DNA from: Takakia lepidozioides
Lineage: Eukaryota; Plantae; Bryophyta
Direction of reading: 5' to 3'
Assembly (NCBI GenBank): GCA_030704615.1
Contig: CM060734.1
Span: 7,440,001 to 7,504,000, forward strand
DNA: 64,000 bases
In this document: piece after piece, positions 24,581 to 37,100 of the stretch
Numbering within the stretch: position 1 is the first letter of the stretch
Layout of the letters: each line of letters starts with the position of its first letter
Program-made: the position numbers and the translations under genes
The notes under the pieces: model-generated
Told to the model about the DNA's origin: nothing
The model's database searches: none
Seen by the model: the letters and a program-made list of their open reading frames with translations, nothing else

Positions 24581-26969
24581 TTATGACACTGACAGATGCA
24601 ACAGAATGATATTGTAGAAAGAAATTGACGATTTGGCATAAGTAATGTTGGGATGTCTGCCATAATGCGAACTATTGCGGACTATATCCTTGCTCCACGT
24701 CAGTACACTATCAACTGACACAGGGTTCACAGGCTTTCCTTTGCTTACAGATCCTCTCTGGTAGGCTGTTTTGGTGGCAGCAGGATCCACATAATTTAAA
24801 GGGAAGTGAGCAAAATCCTTGCCTGGACCGTAGCGTATGCGAATCGTCTCGGCTTCGGTGTCCACCACAGCCCCAAACTTTTTCAGAAAGTCCAGCCAAA
24901 GAAGCATGTGATACGTATCCGTGTTTACCACCATGAAGGACAAGCGGTTCGTTAGCTCTCCTACCTTGACCTTAAGATCCTCAAGCCTGCCCATTGCAGT
25001 CTCAAGAGCACCTAATGCTACTCTTTAATTTACATCCTTATCAGTAACAACAGATCCCATCAAGCTTAGTTCCCTGACAGTACTTGCAGATACCACAGAA
25101 AGCATTGCACCCGTATCAATCTGGCCTAAAACTTGGTAATCTCCCACTGTGATCATTGCATGAAGTGCTTTGACCTTACCAGTGTAAGCATACGAGATTG
25201 TAGGCTCAGCATTTGCTGAGTATAGCGGCCTTGGAACATCCCTCACAGTTGCTACACTGTGAGTTGCCTCCTTCTGCTGCACAATTGCCCTTTCTACAAC
25301 TTTGACCAAACCCTTCAGTTTGTCCAACTCTCCAGGCACAGTCATGATAAGGTCCATGGGAGACAATGAGATTCTCCCCTTGTAAAAGTGATTTAAAATC
25401 CTAGCCTTGAAATTGTTTTTTGGGTAAATCTCACTCCTAGCCTTGCTTGGCTGTCCACTACTCTCACCACCCCTCTCTGGTAAATTTGCAGGTTCAACAA
25501 TAGGATTGTGGACAGGGATACGGTTTCTTGGAAGTCTAACCTTGTTGACACTGTTATGTGACATCAAAGCTGTCATTTCTGTAAGCACATCGTCCTCATT
25601 ATCACAGAACACGTCTACAAAGTTAGTTCCAGGAGCTCCCATCACAGTTTGGTCGAGTTTTCTACCGCACTCACTCTCATTATGCCATAGTACCTATAGG
25701 GCCCACCCCCAAAAGGGGGCAGTAGCCGTAAGGTGAAGTGGCTCTTAGTTACGCCGGCCTTGGCCGGAGTCTTCTCTCTCTCTGCCCTAGTACCTTGTAG
25801 AAGTTGCATCTCACACCACACATTTCCGTGGAATGCCCAAATCGGTGACATTTGTCACACTTAACTTGGGTTCTTCCCTTTGGACAATATGCAGCTATGT
25901 GACCCTCTTCATGACAGGTGTTACAAAGGCGGACACGAAGTGGTGTTCTAGATCCCGAGCTCTCTCCGATGACCGGTCCCCTCTCGAAGTACTTCTGCAA
26001 GGTGGTGTTCAGCTGATCGAGTCTTCGATCCACAGGGCTGACAAACACAATTGACTCATCTGTGTCCTCTCCTTCCAAGGGTTCTAGAGGTATCTCTCCC
26101 AATTTTCCCAAACCCCTCTCAATCTCAATGGCTGGACCTCAAGTGCTTCCTCTACATCAGAAAAGCGCCTGCCCAGCATCACTCTTGATATCTCTGGTCT
26201 CAAACCCCCTATGAATCTACGTCTCTGCTCCAAATCAGATGCCTCGCTCCTCATAAACAGACGGTTCAGCCTGTCAAAATATATCTGAACCCTCTGTCTA
26301 TTTTCCTGTTTGATGGCATCCAACCTCAATCTGATTTCTGTCAGATCAATGACACCAAACTTTGCAGCAATGGCTACCCTAAAATCCTCCCAGTTGTCTG
26401 GTCTAAGGTTTTGTTTGTGGTACCACTCATCAGCCTTGGCTCTCAGGTCAAGCCTTGCTATCTTGAAGGTTTTGTCTTCATTTAAATCCCTGACATCTGC
26501 CTCCATCTGAATCCTCTCCAGCCAATCATTGACATCTTCACTATTCCTACCGTGGTAAGGTACATCTATACTAGTTGGACTGGTCATCCTACTACCCTTT
26601 AACTGAAGTCTAAGCTGGTCTGACACCTATGTGCTGTAAATCCTTCCTACAGATGCCCTAATGCTGACCTCTATACCACTCCCAGTGTCCATTTCTCAAC
26701 ATCTCTACTCTACCTCCCCATGTCACTTCTTGAGCCATGGTATTTATCTTCTCCCACCTTCCTACTTTTCTTATCCAAAGTGCAATGCTAGTTCTACCAC
26801 CAGCATGTATCACCCTAAGACACAAGTCACCATCAACTATTCTCCAAGCAGGGTTAAAGAAATACAAACGTGGCTCTGCATATGTATTCGTTGAGCGGCG
26901 GCTAAAACAAATCAGAACATCCCCAGTGCTTGGTTCATCAGGAATCAGGGTGTGGTCTCTGCCTGCCAT
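24581..26969 (-). pseudogene. Ty3/gypsy gag - zinc knuckles - aspartic protease, frameshifted, truncated before RT
   Basis: Gag (DVNDWLER..LRAKADEWY..FIGGLRPEI), CCHC knuckles CNTCHEEGHIAAYC and CDKCHRFGHSTEMC, protease IDTGA..YHMLLWLDFL. Confidence 0.85.
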
Positions 26970-27026
26970 AAGCCCAGCACCAGTTCCAATCAGAAAATCC
27001 TAACTAAACAGTTTCAGATTCAGCGA

Positions 27027-27039
27027 AGCTCTGATACCA
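27027..27039 (-). promoter_or_regulatory. tRNA-iMet primer binding site
   Basis: TGGTATCAGAGCT on the minus strand just upstream of gag. Confidence 0.9.
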
Positions 27040-27041
27040 AA

Positions 27042-29120
27042 AGAAGGGGCATAAATCCCTTCTGTCTAATTCTAACTTAGTTCTTAGTGAAAGATCTTCT
27101 TTCTACTTTAAGAGTGACAAACAGATCTAGTACATCTATGCTGTTCATGATCAGAGTTCATAATGCTCATCCGCGCCGCAGCAGAAGGGAAGACATGATG
27201 GGACAGATAAATTACTCTCCGTCATCATTTGACACATCTGATTAGGGTTTGGGTACACCAGCTGAGTTTCTATGATGATTCAGTCACACAAACAGCTCAC
27301 TATCAGGTTAATGACAGCCTATGAGGTCACCACTTACAAGTAGTATCTGCTTGAACCCCTTTTGTAATGCAATCACTGGAAAATGAGAAGGCAACATGGA
27401 TCTACCACACAGTGCAGGCCTGGTAATTCTCTGCAACTCATGGTCTTTCCTTTATCTCTCTATTGGCCCTCCCTTCATTATCCTTTTGCTGTGCAGCTCT
27501 CCCTTCATCTGAATCTTTTCTCTCACCTTTTTGATACAAGTGCCCTGGTTCTTTCTATCCACCCATGCAACCTATCTATATGCAATGCAGGTACACCAAG
27601 CCATATACCCCTTTTGGAACTCATCCTTGGAACCACAAGCACAAACCACATCCTACATTAGTCTTTCTCTCTTCCCAAACAAAGCCCTCCATCCTGACTG
27701 CTTGCAGAAGCAGTATAGGTTATTAATCAGTGATTATGAACCCCCTTACTCTACATCTGCACTCTACTAAACCTTGCTTTTGCATTCAGCTTGTAACCAA
27801 CAGATTTACCATGCTGAATCCCCTCATTCTAAGAGTGAGAGCTGAATATCAATATCAGTCATGCAACTACTGAGTAATGTAGCTACACTTAACAGTCTAC
27901 AGTCATTTTTCAATCCACCCTCAACAGTGTGTATGCTGCAGACATACCTCATACCCTAATTCTGACAGTTTGTAGGAACAGCCCTCATCTCTATCCTGTG
28001 ACAAAATACAGCAGACCCCTTTGTTAATCTCTCTACACTATCCAGATTGCAGACATGCTTGACTCTAAAACCCTAATGCACAATTGATTCCAGACTCACA
28101 TTGCTGGAACCATAACACCAAAAGTAAAACAAACACTATACATTCAGTGATTGTAGGAGAGCTGCATCTACCCTCTATCAGTATTCCCAGGGACACATGC
28201 ATCATCTCCCATCCTCTCTACACCTTCCTGGTTTGAAGTCCAGACCACCACTCCATTCCATTTTTCAAAACATTGTTTCTCTCTCTCTTTCTAACTTGAT
28301 AACATTTCAACAAGATCACAGAAAATTTTTCCTAAGTGAAAGAAGAAGAACTCCATCTGACTTAGCTGATTTATACTCAAACTGAAGCGGTGGGTAGCCT
28401 GCATGAATTGACACCCACCCTCCTTGTCAGCAGCTCCACACTGCCTGCTGTCGCTAGCCCTCACTGGCGCTTCTCTGAAAACAAAGATCTCCTTCCGCCG
28501 TCGTTCTTGCCCTATCCTCCAGCGATTCTAACTTAAGAGCTCCATCAAGCCATGACAGCTCAGTTCTCTTTCGTGGCAGCGCTCCTGCTGCTCTCTAATT
28601 AACCCTATCCTCCAGCGATTCTAAGTTAAAAGTCCATCAAGCCCTGACGGCACTGCCCTATCCTCTGGCAGCAGCTCTGCCGCTTGCTAATTGACCCCTC
28701 CCCCCCCCATTACTGCTAATCTACCCTAAGATGAGATATCCGCTATAACAAGGAGGCTTCAGTAGCTAAGGGCCTCCTGCTCTGTACATTCACATCCCCC
28801 AGCAACCCTATCTTCCAGAGAGCCCGAGTCACCACTCATCAAGCCAGTGCAACAGCACCGCTTCCTCATCTGTCAGCAGCGCACATTCCCAAGCTGCTCC
28901 TCCCGCAATCGCTAAGTGACAATCATAAAGGCAACGACAACACTGCTTCCCTTCATCTGGCAGCTGCACAACATACCAAGCTGCCCCCTTCGCCAGGTTA
29001 TCCTCCAGCAACACCCAAGTGAGAATCCATAAAGGCATAGGCGGCACCACTTCCCTTCATCTGGCAGCTGCACAAGATACAAAACTGCCTCCCTCTTATC
29101 TCCTCTCATTTACTGCTAAT
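27042..29120 (-). mobile_element. Probable 5' LTR of the gypsy element, with internal direct repeats
   Basis: Non-coding region adjacent to the PBS; ccctatcctccagcgattctaa duplicated at ~28510 and ~28603; distal end uncertain. Confidence 0.5.
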
Positions 29121-29523
29121 CAAGGCAAATCAACACACAACACCATTTTAAGTAAATATGGACAAAAGGATGAAATCTGGACATCTGTTAAATAATTGTA
29201 AATAAATAATAAATATGAAAAAAAACTATATTCAGTATTAACAATGCATTAAAGCTTACAATTTTGGATTCTCCCGGATTGGTCTGAAAAGCAACGACGC
29301 TACCGCGTGAGCCTGGCGTGTGAGCGTACGCTCACACAATGATGACGTGGCGTGAGCCTACGCTCACGCTGCTGACATGGCCCTGATGCTGACGTGACGT
29401 GAGCCTGGTCCAGGTCATGCCACGTCACCACAAAGAAGGTGGGCCTATAACCGTGGAGCCCCCAACTGCTGATTTCACCACATGAAGGTGAAACGGATGA
29501 AGGGTTTTGGGCTTCTGGAGTTC

Positions 29524-29755
29524 AACCTTCTGTTAACAGGAGCTTCATTTCGTAGAACTGAAATGAACGTCGTGTCGACACAAGGGGGATTTGGAGAACT
29601 TCAACAAAACCTCGTGTTAACAGAAGGTTGTTTTCCTGGAACAAAAATGAACTTCGTGTTGACACGATGTTGTTTTCTGAGAACTAAAATCATCCTTGTG
29701 TCAACACAAGGAGGATTTGGAGAACTTCAAGTAAACCTCGTGTTGAGACGAGGTT
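29524..29755. repeat. Six degenerate 22-bp palindromes (AACCTYGTGT-NN-ACACRAGGTT-like) at an exact 42-bp period
   Basis: Starts at 29524, 29566, 29608, 29650, 29692, 29734. Confidence 0.9.
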
Positions 29756-29937
29756 GATTTGATCATCTGTCTATCTGAAGGTAGTTTCTTGTGTTTGCTA
29801 ATGAAAAGAGAATGACAAACCAATGCGACAAATGCATTGACCCACGCATAGCAAAGATGTTAGACGTCATACATTGAGAGTCACTGGACTTGAACAGTCA
29901 TTCCATTACAAGTTGTAGTCAAGGAAAACACCGATTT

Positions 29938-32900
29938 TTATGGGCTTGTATCCCGCTGTAGAAGTGTGTTGACTTCGTTGAAACTCATAGTGGCTTGGTG
30001 AATGAAGAAGTCGCGCTTTGGATCACAAACCATCATTCTCAAGAAGACGAAGTAAAGGTGTTTGCACGGTATGAACTTCCCTCTCTTTCCCAAACTACTT
30101 GAAAGCATACCAACAAAATCTGGACATGTACAATTGGGAAAATTGGAAACAGTGATTTCGTACGTCATGTCCTGCAGCGCAGATGCGGATGAGATCATGG
30201 TGAAGACCCGACCATACCCTGGATCAGGCACTTCCATTGTTCCCGCAACACAAGCGTGAAGCATTCTGGCGGACTCAATTTTGCCGTAGTGTTCTGCGGT
30301 TGGAGGGAATCGTCGAACAAGCTTCCCGTTCCGTCTGGTTGGCCACAAGTGAGCGTCAGGCGGAGGTACCCGTGAACCGCTTCCACTTGAAGCACCTTCA
30401 CGTGCAATGGAATGTCTGGCTATGGAGAAACCCGCCTCTTCCAGCATTGCAATCTCTTGGTGAGTGAGACATGTGCCCATCTTCACAGGCCACACGGTTG
30501 GTGGAGTAGGCTTCCTTACCACGGAAGGCCTCACTGTACCATGCACACATCTCCCACAATCGTCAGCGCAGAACCAGATTTTGTGGTTCTTTGCCTCGCC
30601 TTGTCCGTAAGGGAGAAACAAACCCGTGAATGTAGGAGCTGCAGTGCGTTCTTTCCCTCTGGAGATTAATGATGTACATTTTTCATGATTGGTGGCCCTG
30701 ATCGCCGCGCATTTCACACGAGATCCAGCACTTGTGCGTTCTATATGCCAAACCTCGTCCAAGCCCATGGACTCGATTATATGCGGCACCACGTTTTGGT
30801 CTTCAACCATTGCAGTGACAATGCTTGATGCAGGGGTCCGGTCTGGGCCAGAGTAGCCCTCACCTGTGGATGTTCCGCAATTCCATCTCTGATCCAAGGG
30901 AACACGTGGCGTCGAGAAGTTCACCCTGTCCGGCCTATGGGAATCTGCATCCGATCCGGGAGGGGTGTCCAATTTCCGTTTGCAAGACCCGAATCTCTCT
31001 TCGCCTTCCAGATGGGGAACTCTTCCCACGAGAGGGGTGCCATCTGCACATATGCTCACTGCCCGCGCTATTTTGCTGGGATCCCCTGATCTCCCAGCTG
31101 CTCGCAACATCAACTCGCTCCTGTCCGGACCTTTGCCACCAAGGCCACCCCTCAAGAATGACCTATATCTGGTTTGCTGCTGCAGAGCACGAATGAGGTC
31201 ATCGGCCATCGCCGCATACAAATCTCTCCCTTTTTTGCCGGATTGCTGCAACCAGGCATTGTGCACTGTCTCTGCAAGATTGCAAGAAGGCATGTCCGCC
31301 ATCTCCTCAATGGACATATGCTGCAAGGAAAAAAAACAGAAAGCCGATATTAGGATTGGACCCTGAAAGATATATCCGAAGCACCCAAACGAAGGTGAAT
31401 ACAAACCACTCACCGTTGTCATGGCCGCTCCCCACTGTCGGTAACGGAAGTGCCAAAATGCGAACCAGTCTTGCAGTGCCCTCATGCTGTCCTCCGATGC
31501 CGCTCCAGATGAGTACCACCAGGCACGAATTGTCTGGAACAATGTATTCGCTTCCCCCATAGTTTTGGCGTCCTTGTACTGGTTGCACAGTTGGCGATGC
31601 ATAGTCTGCATATCTGGCTTGATGTATGTCTTTGTGTGTTTTTCCAGGGATTGTGTCCAATGGAAAAGACATGTACGTTCTCTTCGAGGCATTGGCACTT
31701 TTGGGTCTCCCGTCCCGAACACAATGCGGACAGCGTTGAAGTTAGCTTGAGCACTATCGGCCATGAAACCAACGAAATTGGGAGATGGGAGACCATTGGA
31801 GGCCATAACTCGAATGAGAGCTTCCCACATGAGCTGTTGTGAATCTGTGTCCTCTGACTGCATGTCACACACTGCAATTGTCATGACCCGCTGGTACACA
31901 GGGTCGTAAACATGACATGCCATTGTGGTCCAGTCTTTAACCCTCTTGACATGATCGAACATAAGGAAGCAGTTGCCAAGATCACCACCCTTCTGCATAC
32001 GTTTAACCAGGCTGACCCCGCTGCCCTCACCTTTTGTGGACATTTTGAACAAGAACACTTTCCTGGCTCCTTGTCCCGGGAAAACGCTGTCTTGGATGTA
32101 GTCATATATGCTCCTTTTCTTCAAATCCATAATATTGTCCATATAATCTCGGCTCCCAGAGCCCATTCTTAAAGCGTTCACCTGATTCCTAATGTTTGGA
32201 GAAGTCAAAGTTGAGAAATGGTCCATAACAGTGTCCAAAGCCGATCCCTCCAGTATTCCTCCAACCGAATTCGATGCACAGAGAATACGGCTTTCCAGAA
32301 AGGACTTGCTCGCCCCCATGGCAATTGCAGATGTGGTTCCAGTTGGATTGGTATCCAACTCTTGCCTTATCAGACGCGAGACTGTGTCAACGCTCTCCCT
32401 ATAATCCCCCTTGGACACAGGGTGGTTGTAAAACCGAAATGGACACAGGCTCTAGTCAGGGTTTTGAATCGATGCACCACATAATACATTCTGGCGCCAC
32501 ACAAAGCAAGGCAGCAAGGTGGTACCCTACAGAACTTGCACACAAAAGTGTTACTGTATGGTGGTGTCACCCCAGGCTTGAATGGATTCTCACTGACACC
32601 ATCCCATTCGCTTTGGTTTTGCACACGACAATGCGAAGTGTCTGCATTTCATGTTCTCGCATTTCAGGTGCCCATTACAGACTGTTCGCCTGAATATGAG
32701 TTTGTCGTTGTTGTGAATATTGGAGGTTTTTGTGCGGCACCAAGGGTGCCCATCGTGCTTTTTGTCCATTCCTTCCAGGAGACTAGAAATGCCCCCCAAG
32801 CGACCAGGAGGAGGCAGCTCGAAAACAGTATTACCATCAAAAGATTCCGGCAAGAATGCCACCCTCTGAATATTGAAAGTGCTCCAGTCTATCCCCCTCA

Positions 32901-33438
32901 ACTCACTCTTGAATCCTGCCATCCCTCCCATGGCTTTCAGTTTAGGAATGACACTGGTGATCTCCTCCACATCTGCTTCTACAGGTGGACATGGCTGATC
33001 CACGGGCGGTATTGCACATGTGTCATCGGAGGATGAGTCCGAAAGCTCAACTACAGTGTTAACGGTACTCGTCTCCTTCTTGACAACCACGGGTGTTTTC
33101 TCCTGGGCCACTGATGCTGCCGTGCCAGGAGTAACGAAAGATCCTGCAGACTGTCTCAGAGGGGCACTGAGCACCCTGTATCTGCCTGGAGGCACTCTCC
33201 ATTGTGTGGCTGGTGCAGTATGCGAAGGTTTCTGGAACACGTACTTGAGCAGTTTTCCATTGGCATCGTACACTTCCCTTTGAAGGAATAGAGTTCCATT
33301 TTCCAACCGAAACTGCGTTGCGAGGACGTGTTCATGCACCAGCGCAAAACCATCATCTTCCACCTCGTAAGAAAATGGCACAGGGTGGTCCTCACTGAAG
33401 AAGTCCGCGTCAAGGGAGCCCATGGCCTGGGAGGCCAT
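29938..33438 (-). CDS. MULE transposase (GCM/WRKY-like Zn domain, DDE, SWIM); two frameshifts near 32620 and 32420, probable in-frame intron ~31324-31413
   Basis: MFDHVKR (D), MADSAQA (D), CLFHW (CxxH), NLAETVH (E), SWIM CTCPDF..CKHL; N-terminal HDGHPWC..CNGHLKC..CKFC..C. Confidence 0.9.
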
Positions 33439-34179
33439 ATGTCGATGTTGCTTCAGAAAGTAGAGTTCACAGTCCGACGGTGCTTGTGAATGCAAATTGT
33501 GTGGGAGCGGAGTTTTTGGCGTCCTCACAGAGAATTGCAGGTATCGCTCCGGCTTGCAGATCTCCTAACGCGGGTTTCCACTTTTGTGAAATGTCTCCCC
33601 ATGCAAACCAAGCGCATGGTCACAGAAAATACGGAGTACTTAATGTCAGCCCTAATCCTAGAATCCAACTGTTTTTTCACAAGTGCCCCACCAGTGCAAT
33701 CGTTGACAGATTGACTGACAGAGCCGCCGTTTGGTTGTCATGTCAGAGAGCCCAGAAGAGATGCCCATTTCCATTTAATTTTAACGGCACCTGCACCGCT
33801 GTACAACTGTACATACTTGACATTCCTCTGGAACATGCCAGAATAATGAACTTTTTCAGATGGGAGGTGATTAGACCCCAACGGTTTTTGAATGGATGAG
33901 GATCCAATGATCTCCGCCGATATTTCATAACGATTAGATGGACACGTGTTCGCCATGCATGTGGAATGAGTCAGTGGCGCACTGAACGTTGCGAGCGAAC
34001 ATCTTGGCGTTGAAGGCCTTGCGATGAACCTCCCATAGTCCTCTTTTTTCCCTCTTCTCGTTATTGTCTTTGCAACCCTGGATTCTGCAGAGACGGTGAC
34101 CCCATTCCGAGGGAGAAGCAAGCGTCGAAGAACACTTTATTTCACATCAAAGAAGCAAAGGGCACGCGCTAAGGAGAGG

Positions 34180-37100
34180 ATGAGGAAGGCGAGACGGGAA
34201 CTTAGAATGGGAGAAGAAACATCCGGCGTAGAGGAAGACGAAGGGCAAAACAGGATTCTGCAACCGCAGTGTGGAGAGGAAGGTCTTGAAGTGATCCCGG
34301 AGGCGACCGATGAGCAACCTCCAATAGAAGGGGGGGAGGACGAGGAAGTGAGCTGGGCTCGGGAGGAAGCACTGCGAGTAGAGAAACAGGTCTTCAAAGA
34401 GCAGGGAGAACAAACGGACGCGGAAACGATGCCGTCTGCCCTTGTTTCGCACCATCGGGACCTCCTTGGAAGCATGCTACCTCCAGACGAAATGGAAAGA
34501 TTGAATGCGTCAGGAGCATCATCAAGTGCAAAGAAGAAACCGGAGGTGGCTATGAACTCTCTTTCTCTCTCTCTGATTCTTTCTGGTTCTTGCTAAGCAT
34601 TGAGGTCGACATCAACCTTGCGTCAACGCAAGGTTGAAGTCGACCTCCCAAGTGTATATATTGGGCATCAAAACAGTGCAATGCTGCTCTACAATCAAGC
34701 TAGACAGACATGGATGCTTGCGACGCATCATCAAGTTCGAAGAAGAAGAAGAGACAGCAATCTCCTTTTCCTGTAGCTTTTGTGTTTGTTCAACACCGAT
34801 CCGAGAGCTCGCAATCAACCTTGCGTCAACGCAAGGTTGATGCCTACCTCCATGGTGTATGATAGAACTTCTAGTGAAACGAACAGATGCCGCACATGAA
34901 TCAACATTGCGTTGACGCAAGGCTGGTTTTGATGATTTTTTTGTTCAATGGAGGCGTCCGATCTCTCATATCCTGAAATGTAAGGTAGGGAAAGTTGATT
35001 AGTTGAAGCTCCCAAAAGAACCCTGCGTCAACGCAAAGCATTTTTTTGCTTGAAAAGTCTTTCCTGTATGCTTTTCAGTCTAAACTACATCCCCATCAAT
35101 CAACCTTGCGTCAAAGCAATGTTGATCCATGGGTGCTCAATCTGTCACTCACAGATAATTCATTCTGTGCAGAGGAAAAGAAAAAGGAAATCCGAGGGGG
35201 AAGATTTGGCCGCGTCAGAAGGTGAAGGTGAGGAAGATGCATTGGAGGGAAACTATGAAGACAAGGCCGAGGAGATAATTGGTGGGCAAAAAGTGAACTC
35301 GTCGAAGGTGATTCTGTCGATGGAGGTTCCGGGCGGAAACCTGGTCATTCCGCTGTGCAGGATGATCTCCATGCCCGCTGTTCGACCGGCTTTGAGGAAT
35401 GATATAACGAAGTTGAAGAACGACTTTGTTCACGGCTATGTCAAGGGATCAGCAGTGTTCTACGTATCCACTATGAACACGAAAGGAGAGGAGTGTCTTG
35501 TAACAGAGGACATTGAGCAAGGTTGGGATGCATGCTGGCGGGATGTAAACAGGGAGTTCGAGTTCAAGCTGTCCAAAAAGGCCTCCACAAAAGCATTCAT
35601 GGGAAAGATGTTTTTTGTCTGGGATGGGAACCACAGACTGCTTGCCTGGATGGATTACATTTCAAGCTTGCACTCGGACGACATCGAATGGCACTGGAGC
35701 GTGGTTTCCATGGTTCTCGATCACAAAGGACGTGTCACGCAGCTCTTGACAGCCATGCACGACATAAACAAGTAAGTTTCCAACTTTGTGTCTGTTACTT
35801 GTTTCGACAATTTGAAATCATCTTATGAGTTGAAGGTTTTTCCAGGTCCAATGAAACATCTCATGTGACGACCAATCTGTGCCACACTCTATTCCGCATC
35901 CAGAAGGTAGGGCTGATGCCACTGGAGTCATTCACGAACGTGCTCAGTCCTCAGCAGATGAAGAGGTGTGCTGAGAAGAAGACAAGCACATGGTACAGCT
36001 TGACAAGGGAGGCTTTTCTTGAGTACATGTACACTGTAAGTTTTTGACACCTTTTGCCTGTTAATACTGCAAATTTTGTGATGAAATTGCAGTATTTGAT
36101 TCTTTTTACCTGTTATGTATGCAGCAAGAAATAGCAGAAACTGGATTGAAGGCGAAAGCAGAGTACTATGATTCCCACACAGAAGAGCAGCGGTCTGCAA
36201 CTGGGCTTGAGGACATGATGAAGTTCGAGATGAAAAATCAAAGGAAGAACCTCATGAGTGCATTCGACAAACAGATCCGGATAGCAGACCCAGGTCTTGG
36301 CACGGAATTTCTGGAACAGGTGAAAGCACACTATGATAAGTATGGCTCCAAGCCAGAAATGACTCAAGAGAAACTACATCGCCTTTCCATTTCAATGGTG
36401 GACAATGCAACCAAAATCAGGTGGTTGGAGATATGGAATTCGGATCCTCTTGTGAGAGACACGAACATGTTCCCAACTCCAGAGAGGGACCCGAAGACAC
36501 AAGCAATAAGAGTTGTTAGCGACCACACATTCGACCAGTGGCTACACAAAGCCACATTCTGGAGCCAGGTAAGGTTTGAACCAAACCATTTTCAGACATT
36601 TTTGATGCTCCGTAACCTCTCGAAAATTCTTACGAGCTTTCTTGTTGCAGTTAGAAAAACGTGCAGTGGCTGCACTTGCTGAGTCGATGGCAGACTACAA
36701 AATCCAGATGGCTTGCCCCCGGATCACACTGGAGGCCTATATCAGGAGATGGAAGCTCGCTGTCTGGAACAACTGCTTCTTCAGGGAGTTTGAGAAAGAG
36801 AAAGGAATCTCCAGGTCTTACGAATTCAAAAACCAGTACAACAGCGAGCAAGCAATGAAGCGAGTGTTGTACAGGTGTGACCTCCTTGAATCAAAATTGG
36901 TGCTTGAAGGGCATGTTTCTGCAATCTTGTGTCGTTCTTTCCATAAGGAATTGCGAATTTGCAGTGCTTTGCGAGATCTCTGAGGGCTCTGCATGTGCAG
37001 TCGAGCAACATTGCGTTAACGCAAGGTTGTTTCCCATTGTCCTGGTTTCACTTACCTATACCTGGGTATCCCATAATGCCGTTTTTCTGAATGTGAAAGG

